From a virus (Duplodnaviria; Caudoviricetes), in IMG/VR virus record IMGVR_UViG_3300031555_004728, positions 96,001 through 160,000 of that record: a stretch of DNA of 64,000 nt; one strand, written 5' to 3'. Positions within the stretch are counted from its first letter, which is position 1. Each line of letters starts with the position of its first letter. Shown one piece after another: positions 39,289 to 49,838 of this stretch. Below the pieces are notes generated by a model. That model was not told where the DNA came from. It did no database searches and saw only the letters and a program-made list of their open reading frames with translations. A program made the translations under genes and the position numbers.

Positions 39289-40812
39289 ATGCAAAATTTA
39301 GTTAATTCAGAACTTGTAACTGAATCTGTAAAAGGTAAAGTTGGTCAAGTTGTTAGAAAATTAAAAGACCGTGTTGATATTGAAAAGACATGGAATATAT
39401 CTTCAACAAATAAAAAATATTCTGAAAAGAATTTATCTGATGAAGATTATGATACTATAGCAAAAGCATTTGCTGGTATGAGAAAAGCTGAAACATTTCC
39501 TGAATATAAGAAGCATTATTTATCACTCTGTAGTGTAACCGGTATTCCAAAAGATCATGTTGTAATCGTAACTTACAGATTACAACGTTCTAAAGAAAAT
39601 AACTTTGTTGAAATTATTTATAACGTATCTCCAAAGAAAATTACAATTCCATCAGGTAGTACACTTTATCATATGTCTACCTGTCATACAATTGATTCTT
39701 TAGAACCTAAATTCAAGGGAAAATCTGCAAAATCATATTTATATTCTTCACCAAGAATTTATTTTACTCTTAAAAAGAATATGAATAAATTTGCTGCAGA
39801 TATAAAACATGATAAGAAAACTACTACTTATACACCAGTGGAAGATATAAAATATGCGTATATTGATCCATTAGTTCCTGTATATAGTATGGGTGCTGTA
39901 TTTGTAGAGACAAGTTTTCCTATTAAAGTTGAAAAAGTAGATATGAGTAGAAAAAACATCAAAGATGTACAAGAATCCGTACAAGAAGATTTATTTCAAG
40001 AACCTATATTTACATCATTAAGTGATTTTATGGAATATTATGGTTTGGAATTTGCAGATGATGATGAAGTTTATCAAGAAGGTGTTATTAAAGATAAAAT
40101 CGGAGAATTAAAAAGAAAATTCGATGGTAAAAAACATCTTAAAGAAGAATGGGATAAAATTTCAGAAAATATCAATAATAGCGAAGAAACTATGAATTTA
40201 CCAGAAGATGATAAAAAAGAACTTAAAGAAAAATTAATTACTATGAAATCAACAGATAATTTCAATGTTTACAAAAAAGCGCATGATTGGATTTGTAAGT
40301 TATTTAAAATCCCAAGTGATAAAACTGTAATTGAAAAAATTGAGACTGTTGATAAAGATGATGATGTGAATATCAAATATAATGTAGGTAGTGGTAAGAA
40401 AATCATTATACCTACAGATACTGAATTAGTTCATAAAACTGATGTTGACAATATTAGGGAACTTAAACCAGTTTTTAAATCTAAAGGAAAATTCTTCTAT
40501 CCATCAAAAAGAGTATATTTCTCATTAAGAAAGAAAGGTACTAAATCGAATGGAGAACAAAATGAATATATTCCAAAAGAAGAGGTTAAAACTGCATATA
40601 TAGATCCAAGAGCATCAAGTTTTAATTCTAGTTCTATATTTATAGATACTTCTCTTCCTATACCTGTAAAGAAAGTAACAGATAAAATGGTGGAAGAAGA
40701 AAAATCTGTAAAGGAAAATACAATTGATTTAGAACTTAATATTCATAAATATATGTATGAAGGAGTTATTACAGAAGATGAAAAAGAGATTTTAATTAAC
40801 GCTTTAAAATAA
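39289..40812 (+). CDS. Virion protein with internal tandem domain duplication
   Basis: Two copies of KITIPxxxxLxHxxxxxxIxxLxPxFKxK...YxSxRxYFxL...AYIDP...FxxTSxPIxVxKV. Confidence 0.75.
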   Translation: MQNLVNSELVTESVKGKVGQVVRKLKDRVDIEKTWNISSTNKKYSEKNLSDEDYDTIAKAFAGMRKAETFPEYKKHYLSLCSVTGIPKDHVVIVTYRLQRSKENNFVEIIYNVSPKKITIPSGSTLYHMSTCHTIDSLEPKFKGKSAKSYLYSSPRIYFTLKKNMNKFAADIKHDKKTTTYTPVEDIKYAYIDPLVPVYSMGAVFVETSFPIKVEKVDMSRKNIKDVQESVQEDLFQEPIFTSLSDFMEYYGLEFADDDEVYQEGVIKDKIGELKRKFDGKKHLKEEWDKISENINNSEETMNLPEDDKKELKEKLITMKSTDNFNVYKKAHDWICKLFKIPSDKTVIEKIETVDKDDDVNIKYNVGSGKKIIIPTDTELVHKTDVDNIRELKPVFKSKGKFFYPSKRVYFSLRKKGTKSNGEQNEYIPKEEVKTAYIDPRASSFNSSSIFIDTSLPIPVKKVTDKMVEEEKSVKENTIDLELNIHKYMYEGVITEDEKEILINALK

Positions 40813-41010
40813 AAATAAATTTCCTAGGGAGCCATCTGGCAATCCCTAGGAAATTTTCTTGTGTGTAACATGTAAGAAATCACACAGTTACTTTTACCTG
40901 CTATACTATAATCATAAATTGGTATTACAACTACTCTACATAAGGATTCACAATTTTTCCGATAATATTTTCAATATATATTTCATTATAATACAGTATT
41001 TTTAGAGTAC

Positions 41011-41502
41011 CTAAACAGGGTGTTGACATCTCCCGAAAACACGTCTGTGAATGTCACGTGAAACTGTTATTTTTGATCTTACTATATAAAAGACCTTACT
41101 ACATTCTTTACACACAGTATTATCACATGTACGTCTATGCGCCATCATCAGTGGCTTGTGCGATAACATAGATATCGTAGCGACTATTTCTACGAATAGA
41201 ATTTGTCTATCCCTCTTTGCTACATTGCTAAACACGTCTATTATATAATCATCTAAAGGGATTTCGTCAATTTTATAATGACTATTATAGAACCGCGATG
41301 TGTGATGACTATATCTCATATAAAGACCTATTTCGGCTTCGGTATTTGAATGAGAACTTCGAAATGTCCCGAATAACACAACGAATATCATCACCAATGC
41401 AAATAATCTCATGTACTTATTTTTGTACAAGTCTATAGCAATTAAATGATCCAGTTTACTCCGGCTAACTCTTTCCCATTTCATTTTCTCACCTCCTCTC
41501 AT
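41011..41502 (-). CDS. Hypothetical protein, possible membrane segment
   Basis: 163-aa ORF; GAGGAGG SD precedes internal MKWERV; composition atypical. Confidence 0.4.
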   Translation of the reverse strand: MRGGEKMKWERVSRSKLDHLIAIDLYKNKYMRLFALVMIFVVLFGTFRSSHSNTEAEIGLYMRYSHHTSRFYNSHYKIDEIPLDDYIIDVFSNVAKRDRQILFVEIVATISMLSHKPLMMAHRRTCDNTVCKECSKVFYIVRSKITVSRDIHRRVFGRCQHPV

Positions 41503-41597
41503 TCATAAATAATTGTAACTAGGTTTATAAATTATAAAACTTCCTATAAAATAAGCCAGAAAACAAATTATTAACGTAAATAGAAAGGATTGAAACT

Positions 41598-44500
41598 ATG
41601 AGTATATTTACTGAAAACGAAAGAAAATTACTTGAAAAACTAGATGAAAATATATTTGTAGAATCTACTGAAAAAGAAAGAGAAACCTCTTTAAAGAAAG
41701 CAGTCGATGTTCTTAAATCACTTGGTTTTGAACCTAAGATTTCAAAGAATGAAATGAAGAAATGGATTTCTACTAATAATTCTGGTATGTTCGGTGAAAG
41801 TTTATGTATATCATTAGGACAACTTAAAGGACTTCCTGATGTATGTACTAAAGTAAATAAAGAAATTAAACCTAAAGCACAAGTTTCTCCTGATAATTAT
41901 GGAACTATTTTTATCAGTATGAAAGAAAGTTGCTTTACTGAATCTTATATTGGAAATTTCTTTGTTAACAAAATACTTCTTCATAGATTAAGTAAAAATC
42001 CTGAACTTAATAGAAAAAGTATTATTAAGTTTATTAAACAACTTAAAATAAAATATGAAGATAGTTTAAAGACAGAAGAAGTCCAAAACTTAATGAAAAA
42101 AAGAGATGTTGGTGATTATTCTGTTCCAGAAGCATCTCTTAAATTTGATGATGGAATGGAAATTACATTTAATTTCTGTTATGATAAAAAATCTTTGACT
42201 CCTGGTGCTGCTTTTAAAAGTCCAGAAGGAAAATATTATGTTTTATTATACCCATTATTTTTTGAAAGTGAATTAGAAAATCAAATATTCACTGTAATGC
42301 ATGAAGTTGGTCATATTAGACTTGGTCATTGTGAACACAAGAACCAACCATTCAATCCTAGTTCAAGAGAAGATGCTATGATTAAAGGTAATGCTGTATA
42401 TTCAGAAAAGAATGCTGATTTATATGCAGCTTTAAATGGTGCTAAAATTTATACAATTCTTCAGGACAGTTTAGGTTCGGATTATAGTAGAAAGTATGAC
42501 TATAGACCTACTAATGCAGAATTATCTCAAAGATACACATATGTATTTAAAAACCTTAAAAAGTTAGGAAACTATAATGAATCAGTAAGTTATCAAGATG
42601 AATATTATACAGAATCTACTGATGAAATAGTTCCTGATGATTCAAAGATTGAAAAGGTATATTTCAAAAATAATGGTGAACATGCAAATGCATATGTAAA
42701 AGCTAAAGGAATTGATAAGCCTTTACGTGGAAGAAGTGAAGTATTAATCATTAATGGAGATAAAGTATACCTTTGCTTTAAAGATAATGGAGAGTATAGA
42801 TTACCAGGTGGTGGATGGGATGAAAATGAACCACATGAAAAATCTGCAATAAGAGAAGCTAAAGAAGAAGCTAAAATTAATTGTACTGATATTAAGTATA
42901 TTAGTTCTAGAATTTCTGTTAATGATAATGCTATTGAAAAGTGTAAAAAAGAAAATGTGCCAGAAGAAGATTGGTGGTATGGTTGGTATACAAAATTATA
43001 TGTAGCTGATTATTCTAAAAAATTTACTGGTTATGTTAATAAAGAAGACCGTGATGATAATATGGTTAAAAATGGTAAATGGTATGATATTATTGAAGTT
43101 TGGGATAAATTATACCCTGATCATAAAGATGCATTAAAAAGTCAAATGGTAATGACAATACTTCGTGATCATGGTCTTGAATTAGTTGATGATGATAGAG
43201 ATAATATCAAAGTTGTAAAAGAATCATGTGAATCAGATTTAACTAAATTTACTTGGTATCATGCTGAAATAGCTCGTAAAGGATTTAATCCTAAACTTGC
43301 TGGTGGATGGGATGAAGAGTTATATTCTAAATCTATTGAAATGTGTATTCATAATGATATTGAATCTAATTATCATTTTAAAGATTTAGATAAAACTGAA
43401 GCTCATTTATATACCGCAGGAGAAGAACTAAGACCTATATATCTTGGTATAATTACTATATGGAGAACTGAAAAAGGTCTTAACTGGGAATGGTCCGAAC
43501 AGCAACCAATTCCAAAATCAATGGTTTCATATATAAAAGAAGAAATTCATCCAAATCTTTTAAAAGAATCAGTTATGACTGAAGGTGTTATAAAATCATT
43601 ACTCAATTCAGATAAGAAAATAAGAGAAGATAACAAAAAGAAAATTAAACTAGATTTTCCAGAATCAAAATATAAAAATGGTTGGTATATATTAAATAAT
43701 GATATATTTTTACCATCATTAACAGCATCCTGTATAAATGATATTATTACAGATGGGTTTATAGATCGATATACAGAAAAAGATTTAAGTTTTAATCCTA
43801 ATGATGACTTACCTTCAAGATATATAGAATCTTTGAGTATAATAGGAAAAAATGAAATTTTAAAATATATCGAAAGTGATAATGGTGATTCTGGTGATAA
43901 TTATTATAGTGACTGGGAAAATAATAAAAATCACTATGTAATGATTTTACATAATGATTCAGATGGTGATATTGTTTATTGTAAAGAAACAAAAAAGACT
44001 TATGTAACATTTGCAAAATATGATGAAAAACCTATAGAAATATCATTAGATAAACTTATTTCTGACAGTAATAATTGTGTTTCAGACTTTAAAAAAATAG
44101 TTTCTGATAATAATTATTTTAAAGAATCAGTTATGACTGAAGGTGTTGTTTTAAACGATAAAGATATTTACTACAACAAAGCAAAGTTTGAATCTGGTGA
44201 AACTAATCTTTGTTTTATAACAGGTCACTCAGGTTCTGGTAAATCAACTATGGCACATGGAATGGAAAAAGTTGAAGTGTATGAACTTGATGATGTTATC
44301 TGGAATAAAGAAAGATATACAATTCCAGAATTTAAAGAGTATGGAGATTGTATATATTCATTCTTTAATGGAAGTGGTAAAAAATATTACTATACTGCAG
44401 AAGAAGTACGTGAAGGAAAACATGAAAAATTTAATGGAAACTATGAAGAAAGTTTAATTAAAGATTTTGTGAATCATGCTATTTCATATGCTAAATCACA

Positions 44501-46127
44501 CAAAAATATAAATGTCGTAATTGAAGGTGTGTGGCTCTATATGTTTATTGAACCATCTACTCTGAAAGATTATGCTGTTTATATTAAAGGAACATCTGGT
44601 ATCTTAAGTACAATAAGGGCTGCAAAAAGAGAAGCAAAAAGAGATGATAAACTTAAAGATAAAGTTAAAACTTTCTTTGGTGTATCTTTTGCAAATATAA
44701 AAGGTGATGCTGGATTTGATAATGATAACTTAATTGGAGTAGAAGGAAAAATCAAAAAATATAGAGATTATTTCTCTAGCCTTCAAAAGAAACAAGAAAA
44801 ATCATCAGTAGGAGTATTTAATGAAATGAAAAATGACTTTATTTTTGAAGCAGTTCAATGCTTTGATGATCCTACTATATTTATGGAATCATTCAAAGAT
44901 TCTATAAATGATAATGAAGACTGTTTTATAGATGCTTTAAGTACTTTCTTAGAAGCAACTAATAATACTCATATTATTATTGAAGAGATTTATCCTAGAG
45001 TAGAAGAAGTGTTGTCTACTCCAAATGGTGATAAATTATTCAAGAAAACAGTTGAAGAGTTTGTAAACAGAAATACTGATAAATTACATGAACCATGTCC
45101 AATATCAATGATTGCTTTTACTGATGTTGATAAGTCAAAATTCTATGCAATATTTGATTTTACAGAAAAAGAATTAATGAAAATTGTTGGTAAGGCAGTC
45201 TCTGCTGTGTCAGATACTGCTCAGTTCAGATTGGTTAAACAAAATCCAATTTTCTCAGTATTTTACTGTGTTTTAAGATACTATACACTTAAAAATGATA
45301 ATGCTGGTGTTAATACTACATTAATTATTCATGCATTAGCATCATACCCATCAGTATTTAGTAAATACTTTAAATATGGTGCAAATCCAGGTGTAATGAA
45401 ATATACAGCAGATCATTTAACAGAGAAGTTTATCTTTAAACAAGAAAAACATGTTTTTGGAGCACTTAAAAAATCAATTGATTCTGCATATAAATTCTTA
45501 AAACCTTACTTCAAAGAAGGTTCAGATAAAGAAATTATTAGATATATTCAAAGAATCAGAAATGACCAAAACTCAATGATTAAGAAAATAGCTAATGAAT
45601 ATAATAAGAATTATAATGCTGGAAAAACTGTAAGTACACAATCAGAATCATATGATACAGGAGCTCTTATTACAGATTATAATAATGATACTTCTAAAGT
45701 TGAAACTATTACGCATAAGATTATTATCAATCTTTTAACTAATGGTATTGATCTTAGAATACTTGAAACTGCTGGTCATATGGCTCAATTATCTGTAAGT
45801 GAGCTTAGACTATATCTTACAAAAATTCTTATTGATTCTCGTTCTACAGAATTAGAAGAATTTATTAATGCAGTTTTATTCATCTATTTATTTGATGAAA
45901 AACATGAAGTATCAGAAATAAAATCAAAAATGTTCTTATCTTATGGAATAGAGTTATTTAGAAAAACTAATTCTAATAATAAGAATATTGCAACTATTAA
46001 AGGATTACTTGATAAATGGGCAGAAGAAACTGGTATTCATAGTAGATATAGAAGAGAACCTACTAGAATATCTTATAAAAAAGGTATATACTGGTATATT
46101 CTTCTTACTATTCAAACTAATTCTTAA
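41598..46127 (+). CDS. 1509-aa multidomain protein: zincin HExxH, Nudix, P-loop kinase, long C-terminal domain
   Basis: VMHEVGHIRLGH; LPGGGWDENEPHEKSAIREAKEEA (Nudix box); ITGHSGSGKST (Walker A); late motif at 41562. Confidence 0.8.
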   Translation: MSIFTENERKLLEKLDENIFVESTEKERETSLKKAVDVLKSLGFEPKISKNEMKKWISTNNSGMFGESLCISLGQLKGLPDVCTKVNKEIKPKAQVSPDNYGTIFISMKESCFTESYIGNFFVNKILLHRLSKNPELNRKSIIKFIKQLKIKYEDSLKTEEVQNLMKKRDVGDYSVPEASLKFDDGMEITFNFCYDKKSLTPGAAFKSPEGKYYVLLYPLFFESELENQIFTVMHEVGHIRLGHCEHKNQPFNPSSREDAMIKGNAVYSEKNADLYAALNGAKIYTILQDSLGSDYSRKYDYRPTNAELSQRYTYVFKNLKKLGNYNESVSYQDEYYTESTDEIVPDDSKIEKVYFKNNGEHANAYVKAKGIDKPLRGRSEVLIINGDKVYLCFKDNGEYRLPGGGWDENEPHEKSAIREAKEEAKINCTDIKYISSRISVNDNAIEKCKKENVPEEDWWYGWYTKLYVADYSKKFTGYVNKEDRDDNMVKNGKWYDIIEVWDKLYPDHKDALKSQMVMTILRDHGLELVDDDRDNIKVVKESCESDLTKFTWYHAEIARKGFNPKLAGGWDEELYSKSIEMCIHNDIESNYHFKDLDKTEAHLYTAGEELRPIYLGIITIWRTEKGLNWEWSEQQPIPKSMVSYIKEEIHPNLLKESVMTEGVIKSLLNSDKKIREDNKKKIKLDFPESKYKNGWYILNNDIFLPSLTASCINDIITDGFIDRYTEKDLSFNPNDDLPSRYIESLSIIGKNEILKYIESDNGDSGDNYYSDWENNKNHYVMILHNDSDGDIVYCKETKKTYVTFAKYDEKPIEISLDKLISDSNNCVSDFKKIVSDNNYFKESVMTEGVVLNDKDIYYNKAKFESGETNLCFITGHSGSGKSTMAHGMEKVEVYELDDVIWNKERYTIPEFKEYGDCIYSFFNGSGKKYYYTAEEVREGKHEKFNGNYEESLIKDFVNHAISYAKSHKNINVVIEGVWLYMFIEPSTLKDYAVYIKGTSGILSTIRAAKREAKRDDKLKDKVKTFFGVSFANIKGDAGFDNDNLIGVEGKIKKYRDYFSSLQKKQEKSSVGVFNEMKNDFIFEAVQCFDDPTIFMESFKDSINDNEDCFIDALSTFLEATNNTHIIIEEIYPRVEEVLSTPNGDKLFKKTVEEFVNRNTDKLHEPCPISMIAFTDVDKSKFYAIFDFTEKELMKIVGKAVSAVSDTAQFRLVKQNPIFSVFYCVLRYYTLKNDNAGVNTTLIIHALASYPSVFSKYFKYGANPGVMKYTADHLTEKFIFKQEKHVFGALKKSIDSAYKFLKPYFKEGSDKEIIRYIQRIRNDQNSMIKKIANEYNKNYNAGKTVSTQSESYDTGALITDYNNDTSKVETITHKIIINLLTNGIDLRILETAGHMAQLSVSELRLYLTKILIDSRSTELEEFINAVLFIYLFDEKHEVSEIKSKMFLSYGIELFRKTNSNNKNIATIKGLLDKWAEETGIHSRYRREPTRISYKKGIYWYILLTIQTNS
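43563..44147 (+). repeat. 27-bp direct repeat pair inside the 1509-aa gene
   Basis: AAAGAATCAGTTATGACTGAAGGTGTT at 43563-43589 and 44121-44147 (KESVMTEGV). Confidence 0.9.
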
Positions 46128-46384
46128 TAAAAAATAATCGTACTGTAAACAAAAGGATAATGAATAAAAATAGTATTCATTGTTAAAATACCATGGTTTA
46201 TACCTTTTTAGGTTTATTAAAATCATAATGTACATTACAAGAAAAATCCTCCATGAATATCGGTAAGTTCATGGAGGAGTCCTTTCTAGAAAATGTATGA
46301 AACAATGCTAAATATTTTTATTTTTTCCTTTCGTAGGTAAGAAAATAGATAGTAGGTCTTAAAAAACCTACTATCTATTTTATT

Positions 46385-46756
46385 TTAACTTATATTATCA
46401 CTAAGTTTTATAGCTGCTAAATATGTAGCATTTCTAATATTATATGATGCACCCGATAAATTTTGAAAACAGAAATCTTTACCATCTTCACCAACATCAT
46501 ATATTTTACTAAATCCTGATTTATTACTAACTACACAATATCCAAAATTTAGTATAGGATCAGTTATTCCATCTACCCATGCTACAACATCAAATCCATC
46601 AGTAATACTTTCCCCAACCAAATAACCTATAATTAAATATATTCCTTTTGATAAATGGAATTCACAGAATTTTTCATCAACCCCTATAGTTCTATTACCA
46701 GAATATACAATTTTACTATCACCAACTCCTAAATTTATAATTTCTTGTTGGTTGCA
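46385..46756 (-). CDS. Cassette 16: start-less beta-rich domain
   Basis: CNQQEIINLGVGDSK...LSKGIYLIIG...YLAAIKLSDNIS*. Confidence 0.75.
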   Translation of the reverse strand, partial: CNQQEIINLGVGDSKIVYSGNRTIGVDEKFCEFHLSKGIYLIIGYLVGESITDGFDVVAWVDGITDPILNFGYCVVSNKSGFSKIYDVGEDGKDFCFQNLSGASYNIRNATYLAAIKLSDNIS

Positions 46757-46833
46757 GTTTTGTTAAGTAAGATTTCTGTAATCTTCGATAATTCTCTAAA
46801 GATAGAGAAATTTAACTTAACAAAATTGGTTCA
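46750..46833 (-). repeat. 84-bp hairpin repeat copy 16
   Basis: Same as copy 19 except last base. Confidence 0.97.
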
Positions 46834-46835
46834 CC

Positions 46836-46861
46836 ATATATATATATATATATATATATAT
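46836..46861. repeat. (AT)n microsatellite
   Basis: About 13 perfect AT units between repeat copy 16 and the stop of cassette 17. Confidence 0.9.
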
Positions 46862-47226
46862 TAAATACCTATCACCATATAAAAGACTCTAAAAATATTA
46901 TTTAAAGCAGTAGACTCTTCAAATATACCTATTGTATTATATACTTTAATAGCAAATTTAGTTGTAGTAACTGATTGTACCTGTGCAGTTGAATAAACAT
47001 CTAAACTTGATTGAGAGTTAGTAGGATTAATATATTTAGTTACAAGTGTTACTGGTATATTTGTATACTCAAATGGAAAATATACTACCTTATCAATAAT
47101 ATATTCTGTTTTAAAAGTATCAATAACTGTATATCCATATATAATTTTAATACCATTCTCAAACTTAATATACCCACAAATTTCATTATCATTATCATTA
47201 GTACTATACTCTATAATTCGATTGCA
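46861..47226 (-). CDS. Cassette 17: gp53-like fibre tip domain
   Basis: CNRIIEYSTND...GYIKFENGIKIIYG...VYFPFEYTNIPV...FYMVIGI*; missed by ORF track. Confidence 0.85.
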   Translation of the reverse strand, partial: CNRIIEYSTNDNDNEICGYIKFENGIKIIYGYTVIDTFKTEYIIDKVVYFPFEYTNIPVTLVTKYINPTNSQSSLDVYSTAQVQSVTTTKFAIKVYNTIGIFEESTALNNIFRVFYMVIGI

Positions 47227-47303
47227 GTTTTGTTAAGTAAGTTTTCTGTAATTCTCGTGAATTATCGATAACTAGAGAAATTTAACTTAACAAAATTGGT
47301 TCC
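47220..47303 (-). repeat. 84-bp hairpin repeat copy 17
   Basis: Loop allele shared with copy 7. Confidence 0.97.
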
Positions 47304-47392
47304 CCTCTCCACACTCCAATTACTTCACCATATATCCACTAATTATTCATTATTTTGACATTCGTATAAGACTAAATGAAAGGTTGATTATT

Positions 47393-48574
47393 ATGGGAAT
47401 TGAATTAAACTCAGATCAAATCTTTGCATATTATGAAGCCGATAAATGGTGGCATTCTGCATCATCAGATCAAGTATTTGAAATATCTGGTGCTGCTGGA
47501 ACTGGTAAAACCACATGTATAAGATATATTTTAGAAAAAATAGGTCTTGATCCTATGAGAGAAGTTTTATGTGTTGCATATACAGGTAAAGCTGCTACAC
47601 AATTAGCAAGAAATGGATTACCTGCAGTAACAGCACATAGTGCATTTTATGAATTCAGAAAAGAGATTGAACGTGATGAAGATAATAGAATAGTTTTTCA
47701 ACCAAATGGTAAACCAAAATTAAAAAATGTCTTTGTTAAAAAAGAATATCTTAAAAAAAGATATAAAGCAATTTTAATAGATGAAGGTACAATGATTCCA
47801 CCTGAAATGAGGAAAGATATAGAATCTTTTGGTATTCCTATATTTGTACTTGGTGATTTAAATCAATTACCACCAGTATTTGGTAAACCAGCATTTTTGG
47901 TAGAACCTGATGTCATTTTGAAAAAATTGATGAGACAATCAGAGGATAATCCTATTGTATATATTGCACATAGAATTTTAGATGGTTATGATTTAAGACC
48001 AGGTGTTTATGGTAATAGTGCTATACTCAGAAAAAAAGACCTAAACCAATACCAATTAGAACATGCAGATATAATACTTACAGTAACTAATAGTCTTAAA
48101 CAGCATATAAATAAATTATTTAGAGAAGATTATTTAAATTTTCCAAGAATAGATTTACCTTATGTTGGTGAGAAAGTTATTTGTAAAAGAAATGACTGGT
48201 CAAAATCTGTAGGAGATAATTTATATCTTACAAATGGCACAACTGGCTTTTTAGAATATGTAAATAGAGAATCTTATAATGGTAGAAGTATTGAAGTTGA
48301 TTTTAGACCAGATTTTACTAAAAAGACTTTCAGAAATTTACCTGTAGATTATAAACATTTAATGACACTTGAAAAGAGTGACATGCAAAAGAAAATGAGT
48401 TTTGGTTTAAATTTATTTGAATTCGCATATGCAATTACTGTATATGCATCACAAGGATCACAGTGGAATAATGTAACTGCTTTAGCAGAATTATATGGTG
48501 ATAAAGATTTTCAAAGAAAAGTTTTATATACTATGGTTACTAGAGCAATTGATTCCGTGACGTTAGCAATTTAA
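47393..48574 (+). CDS. SF1B DNA helicase (Dda/RecD-like)
   Basis: GAAGTGKT, IDEG, GDLNQLPPV, AYAITVYASQGSQW, YTMVTRA. Confidence 0.9.
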   Translation: MGIELNSDQIFAYYEADKWWHSASSDQVFEISGAAGTGKTTCIRYILEKIGLDPMREVLCVAYTGKAATQLARNGLPAVTAHSAFYEFRKEIERDEDNRIVFQPNGKPKLKNVFVKKEYLKKRYKAILIDEGTMIPPEMRKDIESFGIPIFVLGDLNQLPPVFGKPAFLVEPDVILKKLMRQSEDNPIVYIAHRILDGYDLRPGVYGNSAILRKKDLNQYQLEHADIILTVTNSLKQHINKLFREDYLNFPRIDLPYVGEKVICKRNDWSKSVGDNLYLTNGTTGFLEYVNRESYNGRSIEVDFRPDFTKKTFRNLPVDYKHLMTLEKSDMQKKMSFGLNLFEFAYAITVYASQGSQWNNVTALAELYGDKDFQRKVLYTMVTRAIDSVTLAI

Positions 48575-48656
48575 ATCATATATTATTTTAATGAATTAAG
48601 AAGATAGATTATATAGTCTATCTTCTTAATATTTTTATCGAAAAGGAGATTTAAAA

Positions 48657-48998
48657 ATGGCAACTGTAGATGTAGCACAATTTAAAGAAAACTTTCATGT
48701 TCCAAAAGAAAGATTTCGAAATATTATTGCTATGGAAGATTTAAGTAAAAATGAACTTAGAGTATTTTGTTATTTACTTACAGTCTTAAATGGTTATAAT
48801 AAAGCGAGACGAATGGGTACGTCTCGTGAACATGAAGACCCACAAAATTTCACTAAAATTCATACAAAAGTTATAGCAGATGAACTTAAAATTAGTGAAA
48901 AGAAAGTTAAAAAGATTATCAAGAAATTGAGAGATATTCAACTTATTGAAAAGGGTGATAGTCCTGCAGTAAAAGGTGGACATAGATTTACATTTTAG
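48657..48998 (+). CDS. Winged-helix DNA-binding protein
   Basis: LSKNELRVFCYL...TKVIADELKISEKKVKKIIKKLRDIQLI. Confidence 0.7.
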   Translation: MATVDVAQFKENFHVPKERFRNIIAMEDLSKNELRVFCYLLTVLNGYNKARRMGTSREHEDPQNFTKIHTKVIADELKISEKKVKKIIKKLRDIQLIEKGDSPAVKGGHRFTF

Positions 48999-49008
48999 GA
49001 GGTATAAT

Positions 49009-49539
49009 ATGGGTGAATTGAATCATATTGAACATAGTTCAGAAGAAATTGAAGAATCTAAATTGACAGGATTTTTTCATGATTCATTAGTGCATACTAC
49101 AACAGGATTAAAACCTATATATCAAATAAATCCTGGCGATGTTGTATATTCAATTGATGAAAAAAGTAATAAAATTGTTGAACGGAAAGTACTGTCAACA
49201 ACAAGATATACCATTATTAGTAAATTACATCATTTACGAATCACAAAAGAATTATATGGTGAAATTATAATTAATCATTTATCATGTTTACCAGATACAG
49301 AATTTGGTGTGTATGATGATAATGGGAATATATATTATAAAATCCCTGAAGAAAAAGATATACTAATATCAAATAATTCTGAATCACCTTTTGAAGATAG
49401 AGAATCTATTGTAGATTTTAAATATGTGATTGATAAATCATATAATCCAAACTATCAATTAGTTATTGAAGGTGATAATAATTATTTTATCGGTTATAAA
49501 AAACGAGGATATTTAGTAAAAGGAGGAGTATTAAAATGA
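49009..49539 (+). CDS. Stand-alone degenerate Hint (intein-like) domain
   Basis: GFFHDSLVHTTTGLKPIYQINPGDVVYSID (block A) and YQLVIEGDNNYFIG...GYLVKG (blocks F/G); catalytic residues replaced. Confidence 0.7.
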   Translation: MGELNHIEHSSEEIEESKLTGFFHDSLVHTTTGLKPIYQINPGDVVYSIDEKSNKIVERKVLSTTRYTIISKLHHLRITKELYGEIIINHLSCLPDTEFGVYDDNGNIYYKIPEEKDILISNNSESPFEDRESIVDFKYVIDKSYNPNYQLVIEGDNNYFIGYKKRGYLVKGGVLK

Positions 49540-49838
49540 AAATTACAAAAACATCTAGTATGGTAAATACTTACAAATCATATGTTAATAATGCAAATAT
49601 TGGATGTAATGTTTGTCCATGTTGCGGAGAAACAAGAGAGGTACAATTAGAAAATAATAAACTTGTTGGTATTGATGATGGTATCTCTTGTACAGAAGCT
49701 AAAGGATTTTTAAATATAAAAGTATACCATACAACATGTTATAAATGTCATACTTGTGGTGCACAATGGGAATCCGAACCATATTTATCAGAAGATGATT
49801 ATAATGCTGAGAAAAAGAAGAAGAGAAGGTGGTTTTAA
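49536..49838 (+). CDS. Zn-ribbon protein
   Basis: CPCCG and CHTCGAQW. Confidence 0.7.
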   Translation: MKITKTSSMVNTYKSYVNNANIGCNVCPCCGETREVQLENNKLVGIDDGISCTEAKGFLNIKVYHTTCYKCHTCGAQWESEPYLSEDDYNAEKKKKRRWF

